NCBI RefSeq assembly: GCF_004010195.1
Contig: NC_057718.1
Location: 20,231,547 to 20,295,546, forward strand
Source: Chiloscyllium plagiosum
Lineage: Eukaryota
Reading direction: 5' to 3'
DNA length: 64,000 nucleotides
Below are positions 38,530-51,800 of this stretch, piece after piece. The notes beneath the pieces are model-generated. The model searched no databases. It had not been told where the DNA came from and saw only the letters and a list, made by a program, of their open reading frames with translations. The position numbers and the translations under genes were made by a program. Numbering within the stretch: position 1 is the stretch's first letter; every line of letters starts with the position of its first letter.

Positions 38530-39720
38530 ACTAACAGCAGCTTATACGTTTAGAGCATTTTTGCCATGATTAAATGTTCCAAGGTGCTTCACATACACAT
38601 CTTGTGAAGCAATAGTGAGCTACTTGAGACAGCCGAAAGCATGGTAAAAGTGTTGGGTTTTAAAGAGTGCCTTAAAGATGGAAGGTGAGAGATCAGAGAG
38701 GTGTAGAGATAGAATCCTAGAGCTTAAGGCCCATACAATTGAAAGCACATCCACCAATGATGGAGTGCAAAAAGCCAGAGGAGCTCAAGAGGACAGAATT
38801 AGTTGAGCACAAATGTCTTGGAGTGTTGTGGGGCTGGCAGACATTTTAAAACCAAGGATTAGAATTTTGCAATTGATGTAGTTCTTACCTGACAACCAGT
38901 GCAGGTCAGTGAACACAGGGTTGATGATTGAATGGGATTTGACGAATTGAGGACATGAGTAATGGAGTTGTGGATGACCTCAAGTTTATAGAATCATAGA
39001 ATTCCTACTGTGTGGAAGCAGGCCATTTGGCCCATACTGACTCTCCACAAAACATCCACCCAGACTCATCGCCCTAACCCTACATTTTTCATTGCACTGT
39101 GAGGCAGCAGTGCTACCCACTGAGCCACTGTGGAGTTAGAATCCAAGAAGCTGACCAAATGTGCTTTGGATTAGTCAATTCTTTATGTAATAAAGGCATG
39201 GGAATAGGAGATATTAGTGATGGTGCGGTTACAAGCTCACTTCATGTATGACACCAAGGTCGTGAACAGTCTGATGTGGAATCAGTTGCAGAAGAATGGA
39301 GTTTGTAACATGTACTGAAAACAGTGACTTGAAACTCATAGGAAATTTCTGCTTATTCAGTACTGGATGCCAAACAAACTATATGATAATGTAGCAACAT
39401 TGGAGGTGTGGAGAGTCAGGCAGTGGTGAGGTATTGCTGTGTCATCAGTATACATGTGAACACTAAATGCTGTGTTGTTGGATAATGTTGCTGCTGAGAG
39501 GCATCATGAGAGAGAAGGGGTGAGGGAATGATCCTTGGGGGATAACGGTGTGGGAGTGAGAAGGGAAGCCATTGTAAATGATAGCTTGGCCAAGACCATA
39601 TAAACAAGAATGGCTCAGCGGGATGGCAGTGGTGAGGTTTAGGAGGAGCATAGTGTGGTCAACCATGTCAAAAGATGCTGACAATTTGTGAATGATGAGA
39701 AGGAATAGTTTTGTCTTTGT
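38530..39720 (-). mobile_element. Old L2-like LINE with a nested HE1 SINE fragment (~38995-39130)
   Basis: LSASFDMVDHTMLL and IPQGS resemble the L2 RT motifs DLSAAFDTVDH and VPQGS. Confidence 0.7.
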
Positions 39721-40102
39721 CTCACAACTTTGATAACTAATTATTTGCAACATCGAAAAAAAAGAATAAATATACAAATTGGTCCTAATATAATCTTTGA
39801 GTCAAATAGTTTCATTGTATTCCTTATAAATGACAGAGTGCCACAGAAATTGTTTTGACATTTTCCACTGTATTTGGTTGCATAATTTGACATTGTAGGG
39901 AGCAGCTGATTTTGTTAAGATGTATTACATGTCTTGGCAACACACAGAACACTCCTTCAGTCTGTATACTTGTCACAGGAATAATATTTTGAAAATGTAA
40001 GCTACCTGGTTTCCAAGTAGGACATTTCTGTTTTTGGACTGATCTGGTTTTGATGAACTGTGAATAGATCATGTCAAAACAGAGTTGAAATTCTGCTACA
40101 GA

Positions 40103-40397
40103 ATGGGGTGGCACAGTGGTCAGCACTGCTACCTCACAGCACTAAGAACCTGGGTTCAATTCTCGACTTGGGCAACTGTTGGTATGGTGTTTGCACATTC
40201 TCCCCGTGTCTGCGTGGGTTTTCTCCAGGTGCTTTGGTTTCCTCCCACGGTCCAAAGATGTGCAGGTTAGGTGAATTGGCCATTCTAAATTGCCCATAGT
40301 GTTAGGAGAATGGGTCTAGGTGGGTTGCTCTTCAGAGGGTCAGTGTGGACTTGTTGGGCCAAAGGGCCTGTTTCCACACAGTAAGTAATCTAATCTA
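40103..40397 (+). mobile_element. HE1/V-SINE-type SINE
   Basis: A/B boxes, V-domain and (TAATC)n tail. Confidence 0.9.
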
Positions 40398-40929
40398 AAA
40401 CTGGCTAATGTGTTTTTGTAAAATTCCTGCCATATACCATCAAGAAGGTGTCAGGAGACTATAATAGTCAGGATGGCTAATAACCATCTCATGCATTGAT
40501 TTTCTTTAACTCTTTAGTTAAAGCCTTAAAGTTCTGCTGAAGGCTGGGTGCAGTAAAGCAGATCCCAGCAAAGGCTAAAGGTCTTGCAATGATTTTGCTT
40601 ACACAGATCATGTCAGTGTTAGGAAGTTAGTATTTATTGAGGAGGATGAGCAATAGATAGGGTTACTGAAGCTTATTTTTCTTGCAGTCTTGCCTGGCAC
40701 ATACAATTGCAAGGTATTGAAATTCAAACTGAACACATGATAAAGAATTGGACGCTTGGGTTTTTTAGGAATTAAATATCACTTTGACTATCTCTCATGC
40801 TTGAGGCAAAAACAAGTTATGCGGAGCAACAGTTCTGTTGGGAACTATGTGACCGTGAGTTTAAAAGCAATGAAACTTAAGAGGACCTGCTTCCCTTGAC
40901 GAAAGATATTAGGGAGTGAACAGAACACT

Positions 40930-41265
40930 TTCGAAAGCAATGAGTTTGGTCACATTCTTTTGTTGTGTTTTGTTACAAACACAATTGCCAATGCAAGATT
41001 CAAATATTATTTGAATGATCTCATTATACAATGAAATAGATCAGAAGGTTTTACGCCTAAGTACGTTCTAATGAAAATGATTTCTACATTCAGCTTTCAC
41101 TGTGTGTGTGAAATAAATGCAAGAATCTAAGAATTGTAGAAATCAGACACATCACAGCTTTAGAGGTAGAATGTGTTTTGGTTAGTGGTGCAAAACAGGT
41201 GACATCGGGTTGTCCATTGTGGAACTGATTATCAACACTGCTTATGATAGCGGGTGAACACTCCA
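40930..41265 (+). pseudogene. Candidate decayed Ig V-set domain
   Basis: One frame from 40949 reads VTFFCCVLLQTQLPMQDSNII*M...NQTHHSFRGRMCFG*WCKTGDIGLSIVELIINTAYDSG*. There are multiple stops, and a family-C pLTR follows at ~41270. Confidence 0.45.
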
Positions 41266-41271
41266 AGATTA

Positions 41272-41380
41272 CTTCATTCTGAAGAAGGTTCGCTGGACCT
41301 GAAATATTAACTTTGCTTTACCTCCACAGATGCTGCCAGACTTGCTGAGTTTTTCCAATATTTTCTTATTCTGTTTCCAA
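41272..41380 (+). mobile_element. Family-C PLE pLTR fragment with a degenerate hammerhead core
   Basis: CTGAAGA-AGGTT-CGCTG-GACCT-GAAATATTAAC...CCACAGATGCTGCCAGAC. Confidence 0.7.
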
Positions 41381-41589
41381 GGATTCTTGTTGTGCGTAAC
41401 TGTCCCAGATGAATTTCTACCCTTTAATCTGGAATCTTTCAGCCTAAAAACAAAGATTAGAGGCCCTGGCAGGAACTGGGAACTTGTGCTCCTGAACTAG
41501 CTATGCCTCAATCAAGCTCTTTTGATTACAGCTACAACACTGGCATTTAACAAACAGCATGGTAAGTTGCTCAGGTATGCCGAGTCCAT

Positions 41590-42875
41590 AAAAAAAGGAA
41601 CAAATCTAATCCAGCTAATTATCACTTTATCATAACCATCAATAAAGTGTTGGAAGGTGACTTTAATAGTGGCTATCAAGTGGCACTTACAGTGCAATAA
41701 TGTATTCACTGATACTCAGTTTGAGTCCCACCAGGACCATCCGTCTCCTGACCTCGCAGCCTTGACCCAAAAGTGTGTGAAGAGCAGAATTCCAGTGCTC
41801 GTGTGAAAGTGACTGCTGTTGAGCAGTATTTAACTGAGTGAGACATGAAGACTCCCCAACAAAAATGAAGTTGTAGATCTCAGAAATCTCTCTACAAGAA
41901 GGAGTTATACATGGCATAAAGGAAGGCAGCTATGCTTGATGCAGACCAATTGTCTTATCTCAGGACATCTCAGCAGGAGTTCCTCAGGTTAGTGTCTTAA
42001 GCCTAATTGTCTTCAGCTGCTACATAAATGATGTTCCCTCTATGATAAGGTCAGAAGTCGGGCTGTTCGTTGATAATTGCACAATGTTGTGTACCATTCA
42101 CGACATCACAGGTTATGAATCAATCTGTGGCTACAGGCAGAAAAACCTGGATACTAATCTTGAACTAATAAATCTCAAGCAACATTCATAACCACACAAA
42201 ACCCTCTCCAATGTATGAGCATCTAACCAATGCTCATCAATGACATTACCATCACTGACACTACATCCATTATCAACATAAAAAGAGGTACCATTGTCCA
42301 GAAACTGTACTGGACTAGCCACATAAATAATATGGCAATGACAGCAGGACAGACACTTGAAATTCTACAGTAAGCAGCCTACCTCTTGACTCCCAAAATA
42401 TATCCACCATCTGCAAGGCACAATATCGGAGTGAGTGTGATGGAATACTCCCCATTTGTCAGGAGGAGAGCAAGTCGAACAAAAATCAACAAGTTCAACA
42501 TCATCCAGGTCAAAGCAGCTCACTTCATTGGCACCCTATTCCCTCCCTTTAGCTTTTGTCTCTTTACCACCAATGCTCAGTGACAGCAGTGTCGACTATC
42601 GACAAAACGCATTGCAGTAACCCATCAAGGTTTTTTTCAATAATACATTCTAGCCCTAAAGCTTACACCACCTAGAAGCTCAAGGAAAGTGAGTCCATGG
42701 GAATACTACCAGTTGCAAGTTCCCCTCCAAAACATGTTTAATATCACTGTGGATGTCAACCCCCAAGGAGTGGTTGAAGAAAGCCACTCACTACCACCAT
42801 CTCAAGTACAGTTAGGGATGGGCAACCAATGCTGTCCTTATCAGCAACACCCTCATCCCATGAATGAATCAAAGA
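41590..42875 (+). mobile_element. Old CR1-group LINE, RT and 3' UTR
   Basis: GVPQVSVLSLIVFSCYINDVP and LFVDNCT motifs near 41975-42085. Confidence 0.75.
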
Positions 42876-43089
42876 AAGAATTGGCTTATTGCATTTTTAG
42901 ATTGGGGTTGCATTGCAATTCATGATCAAAGGTTCGACGGTAGCCAACAGCCTGATGCTCAGTTATAATCTCAGTCATGCCACAGAAGAGCTCCTGAATA
43001 GCAATATCCAGGTGGAAAATTCATGCCCTAAGGTTCTCCATTCTTTGCCTTAATGATTTTCATACTGGACACCTCCTACGGTCTTGCCC

Positions 43090-43330
43090 AGGTGGCCATA
43101 TTTCACAAAACATGAATATTGCTGGGCTATTCGACTTTGATAGCTGCATACTAAGACCCCCCACCAAAATAGGCAGTAAGGAGATGGGTGTAAGTGGAGC
43201 ATGGCAATGAGGAGATTTACTATCCAGGAATCCCACAAGTACAGTCATTCCTGGAAGTGGTACAACTCTATCATACTCAGCTGGATTCAAGGCTGACTGC
43301 CTGTAGGATATAGAAGCGTCTGCCTCCTGG
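43090..43330 (+). mobile_element. Possible second Harbinger transposase relic
   Basis: SWKWYNSIILS resembles NRKGWHSIILQ. Heavily decayed. Confidence 0.35.
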
Positions 43331-45394
43331 TTAGGATATTTGGCTTTGGGAGGGAGTTAAGTGCTTGAGGTGCTGGGGGAGGGCATTACTCAACAGTGGT
43401 TATAGCCAACAGCTTCCACATTCTAAGTCCCAGGGCTCCGTAAGTTCGCAGATTTGCCAGGTGACAACATGGAAAGTGCGGTGTAGATGGAGGCATTCGG
43501 AAAGTATGGAGCACCAATCTGAGGCAGACCTCAGAGTTTGGGGGTTGGGGAAGGACACTTGATAGCAAAAGATGCCCCTTGAGGGAGGCTGAGATTGAAG
43601 CAAAATGACATGCTGGTGCTCTCCCTACTGAAAGAAAGCCCTCATTATCTTACCTGGACTGTGCAATCTTTGAGACCAAGCCTGGATGTGAAAGTCGACA
43701 GGATATTCAACTATATGTAACAGCACACCAGGTTTAGTTAAGTCTGAGGCACATGCACTCATGTAGGCACACACATCTTAGAGCAAAGGTCATTACATAG
43801 TCATCAGGAAACCTGGCTTGTACTTGCTTCCACTACGTTGATAAATAAACTCACCTCAGTGCCAAGATTGAACCCTGAAAACTTTTGTCAGAATGGGTCC
43901 CTAGCATGTTGGAGCTGTTTGCTGTGATGGATTACTGTTTTAATTTCTCACACTGGGAGATTATTGTGTTCTGAATTTTATTTGTTAAATAAACACATCT
44001 AAGGTACTGCAATGGGCTACTTTTTAACGTTTTTTAGTGCATTCCGCATGAAACGTCATGTGCCAAAATTCCTTTCTAACCTTATCAGCAACTGACCTGG
44101 TTATAACATTGATTTGCTTCAGTCTTAGTGCTTAAGAATGCTTAAGGCGTCTCATGTAGCAAATTAAGGGAACAAACATTTCTGGCATCCTGCAATGAGC
44201 CACTCCCAGAAACTGTTTATGGAATGAGAAACTCTGTAAGTATTGTATCAAATATCTGCTTTGCCAAATATTAAATCCTATCACTATCTCATCAACCAAA
44301 CAACCAACCTCAATGTATTATATCTCAGCATTTACAGTAAACTCTCCATGTAAAATGTTCAAAACAGGAGACCATAATGATTAAGCTAGTCACCAATAAT
44401 TCCAATTGGAAATCAGAGCAACTTCTTCATCCAGGAAGTGGAAGTGGAGCATTGGGAACAAATAGCATTGATGCACTTAAAAGGAACAGCAAGAATAACA
44501 ACATCATAAAAATTATACAGCACCTTTAACGTAATAAAATATTCCAAGGTGCTTCACAAAAGCATTATAAAACAAAACACTCAGCCATGTATGTAAAAAT
44601 CAGGGCAGATGACAAAAATGTGGTCAAAGAGGTAGGTTTTCAGTTGTGCCTTGAGGAGGAACGTGAGAAAAACAGGCAGAGAGCTATAAGGAGAAAATTC
44701 CAGGGTTTATACAACTGGACTTGCAACCACCACCAATGGAGCTCCCAATCAGGATGCTCAAGGTCAAAAATCAAACAGGTGTGGATATCTTAAGGGGTTA
44801 TTGGACTGGAAATAATTATGAAGAGGGGTAATTTGAAGAATTTGAAAAAAAAGTTGTCACTTTTCTTCGGGGGAGGAGATTGCAAGACCTTGTGGCAAAT
44901 GCGTAGTTAGTTTGTACAGTGAAAACAGAAGGGAGTGGCCAATAAATCACAAGTATGTGTTCCAGAAGTAAAAATAAGTCAGGAGTGTGGATGTTCCTTT
45001 GTTGACTTTTTTTATAAGGCTGAGATAGACAGATGTTTAGTCTCTTATGATACACATAAACATCTGGGGGAGAAAGAAATGGAAAGTGATAGGATTTGAA
45101 GGCTTGTATGAAGCATAAACGCCTGCATGAACCATTTGGGCCAGATGATTTGTTTCTGTGCTGTTGGTGATTGATTATAATCAGGTTACTGTGGTTGAAT
45201 GTACAATGAAGCAGACCTTTCAGTTGAGGAGAGATGTAGGAGAATCCAGGAGTGTTTCAGGAGCATTCAGATCTATGTGGCAGTAATCTAGCAATCTGTA
45301 CTGTCATATATGAAGTAAGATCAAACTATAAAAGAAAAGGAACAACTTATTTAATATTCATACAAGTTGAAACAAAAATTATGAGCTCTTTAAA

Positions 45395-45685
45395 ATTCAT
45401 TCATGGGATGTTATCGCCCATCCCTATTTGCCCAGAATGCAGTTATGAGCCAACCACATTGCTATGGTCTGGAGTCACATGTAGGCCAGACCAGGTAAGG
45501 ATGGAAGTTTCTTTCCATCAAGAACATTAGTCAATTTTCCTGATATTGTTTCATCATTAGACTCTTAGTTCCAGATTTTTATTGAATTCAAATTCCACCA
45601 TCTGCCATGGCAGGGTCTCCAGAACATTACCTTGGTCTCTGGATTAACAATCCAACGATAATATGACTAGGCATTACCTCCCCTA
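45395..45685 (-). mobile_element. tRNA-derived SINE (second family)
   Basis: Reverse match to 26765-26810 plus 28312-28550. Confidence 0.8.
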
Positions 45686-46399
45686 TACTATTTACTTAAA
45701 ATTGATTATCCTCCATGCTGTGGAACAAGCTTTAATGTTGTTCTGTAATTTTCTTAGGAAAAGATATGAGAGCCAATCTGGGGAACGGCAGATACCAATG
45801 TCCAGCAATACCACTCTGTGCCATAATGTGTACATGGTTCCCAGGTGTATTCACTTTTTGGTTTGCCCACATACCTGTAAGAAGCATTGTTTGGATGGGG
45901 AACTCACCAAATGGCGAAGGCGGATGTACGTTATTGGACAGAGATTATATCTAAAGATGCAGTTAATTAACTTAAATGCATGCACATGATATATAATGTT
46001 CTGGATTGTCTGAGAGACCAGGCAGAATTATCTTGAGCACTTTCCTTTCTTGCTTAGCCCTGACATTTTCTGGCTGTTTTTGGCTTTTCTGGAGCAAATC
46101 AAGACTCCAGGGATGCTACCAATTAAAAGTAATAGTTCAAACATCATGGATAGGCACCTGAGGCATGTTGCTTCCTCTTCTTACACCACGTGAGAAATTC
46201 AAGACACTTCATGTTTCTTGGGTGACCATATGTATAGAAGGTGACTCTAGCTGCTCTCGCTCAAACTCAGGATTTCTGACCTTAATGGGCACCAGGCACT
46301 GCAGAGTAACGCTAGAGAGGATGAGAGTTTCCTTGAACATAGATTTCTGGATCTCGTTGCCTACCCGCCACTGCCCCGGACAGTAAGGGTAGTTAGGGG

Positions 46400-46600
46400 A
46401 TGACCTTTCACAATCACGGAATGCTTCAAAGTACTTTACAATCAATTATAGAAAGCAGACAGAGCAGCATCCCAAGAAAGACAACATCCTTCAGCGCTGT
46501 GTTTAAGAGTCAGTTTTGACTTTTGTGCTCTAGTCCTAGAATGGAACTTTATCCACAGCCTTCTGACTCAAAGGTGGGAGTCCTACCAACTAAGCTCTTG
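46400..46600 (-). mobile_element. Old Deu/SacSINE-like SINE remnant
   Basis: Reverse reads as a tRNA-like head (CCTTTGAGTCAGAAGGCTGTGGAT) and tail TGTAAAGTACTTTGAAGCATTCCGTGATTGTGAAAGG. A Deu-domain-like TGTGGGATCCTGCTGTGCGCAA lies at ~38128. Confidence 0.5.
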
Positions 46601-47399
46601 ATGACACATTGTCTACTACGCACAATTAGATCACAGCTAATTTGAACCTTAAGTCCATGTTACAAACTTCATTCCTCCTCTTACATCCCCTACCTAACAA
46701 AGAAAATCAATCAATCTCAGTTTTGGAATTTTCAATTGATGTTCAACCCCAATCCTTTTAGGGAAAGGGACCAGATTTCCACACCACATTGTATGGAAAA
46801 CTTCATCCTTAAACAGACTAACTCTAGTTTTAAGGCTCAGCCCACTTGTGGATAGAGTCGATAAAACGTGGAGCTGAAAAAAGCACAGCAGGTCAAGCAG
46901 CATCAAAAGAGCAGTAGAGTTGATGTTTCGGGCAGGACTTTTCATCAGGACTTCTGCTAGATTCTTGACTGGAGAAAATTTCTCTCTATCTCTTCTAAAC
47001 ATTTTTAATTATCTAAACATCTCAAGTAGGTCATCTCATCTCAAGGGGGATGATTTTGTTACTTGTGTGTAAGGCTGACAATATAATCTACCTGCTCTCA
47101 TCAGTCACCCTTGAGTCTTAATCCTTGTCCTTTTGCTGATCTTTTCAAATTTTGTATTTTCATATATTTATCTCTTTTCTTGCAATAGTTCAGATGGGAT
47201 TTGCTCCTATCATAATTACGGGATCATAAAATGATTACAACATCAAACAGACCATTTGCCCCATTGTTTCTGTGCTAGCTCTCTGTACGAGCAATTCCCA
47301 CTTCAATCAATTTGCCTAATTCCCATTTGAATGAATTAAATCTCCTCTGCCCGTACAGACACTGTCTTCGATTCAAGCAGGAGAGACTTTAACCACAAT

Positions 47400-48275
47400 A
47401 GTGAGTCTTAAGACTAGAAAATATTAAGAGCAGACGCAGGCCATTCAGCTCACTGACTTTGTTCTGCCATTCAATAAGATTGCGGCTAATCTGATAATCC
47501 TAAACTTCATCTTGCTGTCTTTTCCCTATGAAATTTGATTCCCTTATTAATTAAAAATATATTCATCTCAACCTTGAATATACTTAAAGACCTAGCATCG
47601 ACAGCCACGTGCAGGAAAGAATTTCACAGATTCACTACCCTCTGAGAGACGAAATTTTCTCTCATCTCTGTCTTAACTGTGTGACCTCTTATCCTGGAGA
47701 CTATGTCCTCTGGTCCTCGATTCTCTCACAAGGGGAAACAACCTTTCCACATGTACTCTGCCAAGACCCTTAAGAATCTTGTGTGTTTCAATAAGGTCTC
47801 CTCTTCTAAATTCCAATGTGTAGTGTCCCACCTACTCAATGTCTTCTCATTAGCCATCCCTCCATACCTGGTATCAGCTGAGTGAACCTTCTCTAGACTG
47901 CCTCCAATGCCAGTATTTCTTTCTTAGATTTTTGTTTTATTCATTCATCGGATGTGGGTATCATAAATACTAGGACAGCATTGATTGCCCATCTGTAATT
48001 GCCCAGTTAAGAGTCAAACACGTGGGTTTGAAGTCACGTAGAGAGCAGACCAGATAAGGATGGCAGATTCTTTCCTTAAAAGACATTTCCTTAGATAAAG
48101 TGCCCAAAACTCTTCTCAGTATTCCAGTCTGGTCTTGCATAGTTTTAGCAAAATTTCACTACTTTAATATTCCATTCCCTTTGCATTAAAGGCCAACATT
48201 CCATTTGCCTTCACTGTAACCCTCTTGAACTTGGATACTAGCTTTTTGTGATTCATGGATGAGGACTCCCAAATT
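47400..48275 (-). mobile_element. CR1 3' fragment with a nested SINE piece (~47935-48090)
   Basis: CR1 3' UTR and RT C-terminal sequence in reverse. Confidence 0.75.
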
Positions 48276-49471
48276 CTTATATCAGTGAAGGCTTAAAACA
48301 TCCGTTGCCAATACAGTTTATTTGTTAAGAACAAGCATTACTGTCTCAGAAGTACTTCCTCTGAGCATTTTTGTTAGGTTACATTTCTGTCATGCCAACC
48401 CTTACACAATTGCACAACAGTATGAGTTATGTCTGCAGATTTAAATGGTGTGTTTAGATTCTCTGGTGTGTCTAGATTTTCTGGTAAGTTCCTGTTGCTA
48501 GGTGGTGGCACTATTAGCATGTATTGTATCTTTATGTATTGTAGCATGGTGGGAGCGAATATATTTGCATCCTATTTGTCTTGATCAAGGCACAAATTTC
48601 AGATATCAATCTTTCTGGTGATAACTTCGGTCCAACTCTTGAAAAACTGCTCTACTCTTAGAAAAAGAGATTTAAAATTAGATGAACCTCGGCACTGAAG
48701 GAGGCTCCTTAACTTATCGTGCCCAGACCCAGTCTACTGCAATAATCATTTCTCTGTTGTTTCCTGCACTTCAAGAGTACATAACCAGTTGTAACCTACT
48801 TTGGGATATCTGTCATGAAAGATTCTGTACGAGTGCAAATCCTTCTTTGTCTGTTCCTTTATCTCTTCATTCTTCTCTTTTCTTCTCTCCCTTTTCTCTC
48901 TCACTCTTTTATCTATTCATTCACAAATGATAGGAGTGCAGACCATAAAATTGCTCCACCTTGCTGAAAGCAGAATTTGTAACCTCATTCATGGTTCTCG
49001 GATGTAGCCTCCCACGTTTTCACTGGGTAACCTGCATCAATGTCTAGTGCAAGTAACCTCAGGCTCTGGAATGTACATCAGCTTTGGAGGGAAGATTGGC
49101 ATGGGCTCTGCAGGTAGAAGGTTATATGCCACCCATTATATTAAAATTGACTTACAGACTCTGACATTCTCTACCTGGAATTCAGAGAGGCTCTTACTTG
49201 CGATCCTCAGATCTAATCTATGCCTGCTGTCATTTTTTTAAAAAATGTGATGCCTTCTACATGACCCATTTTATAATACTGGAACAAACAAGCAGGAAGA
49301 TAAGGACTGAGGAGATAGTCCTTTGTAGTTTAGGCAGAAGATACAATTCTTGATGTTGTGTGGAACAGGAAGGGTGAAAGGTTTGAATGGGATAGTGGTT
49401 AAGTTGCTTTCAAACAACAGCGGGGGCCCTACTATTAGCCAAATGGATCCTGCATTGCTTTCCCCACCAAA

Positions 49472-49785
49472 ACAAAAATAGAAATTGCTGGGAAAGCTCC
49501 ACAGATCTGGCATCATCTGTGGGGGGAAATCAGTTCTGAATTCCAAGGAAGGCTCACTGGATCCAAAACATTAACTCTGATTTCTCTCTCACAGATGCTG
49601 CCAGACCTGTGGAGTTTTTCCAGCAATTTTCTGTTTTTGTTTCTGATTTCCAGCATCCTCAGTTCTTTCAGTTTTTATTTAGTCTTTCTCCACCAAATGC
49701 TGACAAAGCTGTTGAGGGTTTACAACACTTATTGATTTTACTTTGGATTTCCAGCATCTGCAGTATTTCACTTTTATTTCATTTT
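49472..49785. mobile_element. Family-C PLE mini fold-back nested in an older pLTR
   Basis: AAACAAAAATAGAAATTGCTGG versus CCAGCAATTTTCTGTTTTTGTTT. Flanks CTTTC(C/T)CCACCAAA at 49458-49471 and 49684-49697. Confidence 0.7.
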
Positions 49786-50090
49786 GACAAAGCACAGCAA
49801 AGAACCAGTATCAGTGGAACAACATCAGTGTGAGGTGATGCCTTTGGGAGAGAAGGAGAAGAAGTTGGGCACAAGCTCAGTATGTCTTCAATCTAAAGTC
49901 CACATGGGAAGAGGAGATGGTCACTGTTAAACATTTCTTCCCTGACTTACCATAAATAAAGGATCTGCTACCAGTGGCCATAGGATTGGTTAGGAGAAAG
50001 TAAGGACTGCAGATGCTGGGGATCAGAGCTTAAAAATGTGTTGCTGGAAAAGCGCAGCAGGTCAGGTAGCATCAAAGGAGCAGGCGAATC

Positions 50091-50118
50091 GACGTTTCGG
50101 GCATAAGCCTTTCTTCAG
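50091..50118 (-). ncRNA. Minimal hammerhead ribozyme motif (family A)
   Basis: CUGAAGA-A-AGGC-UUAU-GCCC-GAAA-CGUC, with a GUC cleavage triplet. Confidence 0.65.
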
Positions 50119-50235
50119 GAATGAGGAGGGTGTGCCAAGCAGGCTAAGATAAAAGGTAGGGAGGAGTGACTTGGGGGAGGGGCGTTGGGAATGCGATAGG
50201 TGGAAGGAGGTTAAGGTGAGGGTGATAGGCCGGAG

Positions 50236-50524
50236 NNNNNNNNNNNNNNNNNNNNNNNNNNNNNNNNNNNNNNNNNNNNNNNNNNNNNNNNNNNNNNNNN
50301 NNNNNNNNNNNNNNNNNNNNNNNNNNNNNNNNNNNNNNNNNNNNNNNNNNNNNNNNNNNNNNNNNNNNNNNNNNNNNNNNNNNNNNNNNNNNNNNNNNNN
50401 NNNNNNNNNNNNNNNNNNNNNNNNNNNNNNNNNNNNNNNNNNNNNNNNNNNNNNNNNNNNNNNNNNNNNNNNNNNNNNNNNNNNNNNNNNNNNNNNNNNN
50501 NNNNNNNNNNNNNNNNNNNNNNNN
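50236..50524. other. Assembly gap at the centre of the fold-back
   Basis: Run of n. Confidence 1.
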
Positions 50525-51415
50525 CTCCACTCCCGGCACCTTCCCCTGCAACCGCAAAAAAAGCAAAACTTGCGCCCACACCTCCCCCCTCACTTCCCTC
50601 CAAGGCCCCAAGGGATCCTTCAATATCCATCAGAAATCCACCTGCACCTCCACACATATCATTTACTGCATCCGCTGCACCCGATGTGGCCTCCTGTACA
50701 TTGGGGAGACAGGCCACCTAATTGCAGAACGTTTCTGAGAACACCTCTGGGACATCCGCACAACCAACCCAACCGCCCCATGGCTGAACACTTTAACTCC
50801 CCCTCCCACTCCGCCAAGGACATGCAGGTCCTTGGCCTCCTCCATCGCTAGACCATGGCAACACGACGCCTGGAGGAAGGGCAACTCATCTTTCGCCTAG
50901 GAACCCTCCAACCACAAGGGATGAATGCAGATTTCTCCAGCTTCCTCATTTCCCCTCCCCCCATCTTTTCTCAGTCCCAACCCTCAGACTCAGCACCGCC
51001 TTCTTGACCTGTAATCTTCTTCCCGATCTCACTGCCCCCCACTCCCTCTCCGGCCTATCTCCCTTACCTTAACCTCCTTCCACCTATCGCATTCCCAATG
51101 TCCCTCCCCCAAGTCCCTCCTCCCTACCTTTTATCTTGGCCTGCTTGGCACACCATCCTCAGCCCATAGGATTGGTTACCAAGAAATGTGGATTTAAGAT
51201 AATTGGAAAATGAATTGGGAAGGCAAGTATATATCAAGGGAAGTATATACGAAAGTAAGTATATATGATGAAATGTTTTTATACACTGAGTTGTATCTTT
51301 AATGTATTATTTGAAAAAGAGCTGGAAACTGTCAATGTTAAGGGAATTGAATAAGGAAAAGTTAGTTGGACAACGAGGAAGGCAGAAAGTGAAATGAATT
51401 GGATATCTCTTCCAA

Positions 51416-51800
51416 AGGTAAAAACAATGACTGCAGATGCTGGAAACCAGATTCTGGATCAGTGGTGCTGGAAGAGCACAGCAATTTAGGCAGCATCCGA
51501 GGAGCAGCAAAATCGACATTTCGGGCAAAAGCCCTTCATCAGGAATAAAGGCAGAGAGCCTGAAGTGTGGAGAGATAAGCTAGAGGAGGGTGGGGGTGGG
51601 GAGAAAGTAGCATAGAGTACAATAGGTGAGTGGGGGAGGGGATGAAGGTGATAGGTCAGGGAGGAGGGTGGAGTGGATAGGTGGAAAAGAAGATAGGCAG
51701 GTAGGACAAGTCATGGGGACAGTGCTGAGCTGGAAGTTTGGAACTAGGGTGAGGTGGGGGAAGGGGAAATGAGGAAACTGTTGAAGTCCACATTGATGCC
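51416..51800 (-). mobile_element. PLE 3' fragment (family A), hammerhead core at 51515-51542
   Basis: Reverse match to 7150-7340. Confidence 0.9.

Larger units (their letters stand above)
49993..51163. mobile_element. Fold-back PLE (family A): minus pLTR, gap, plus GIY-YIG domain and 3' region
   Basis: IIYCIRCTRCGLLYIGETG GIY-YIG motif at ~50657-50712. 50125-50235 is inverted relative to 51048-51160. Perfect 15-bp TSD. Confidence 0.92.

Noticed and set aside
50144..50851. ORFs spanning the second gap
   Set aside because: N-gap artefacts within a PLE.
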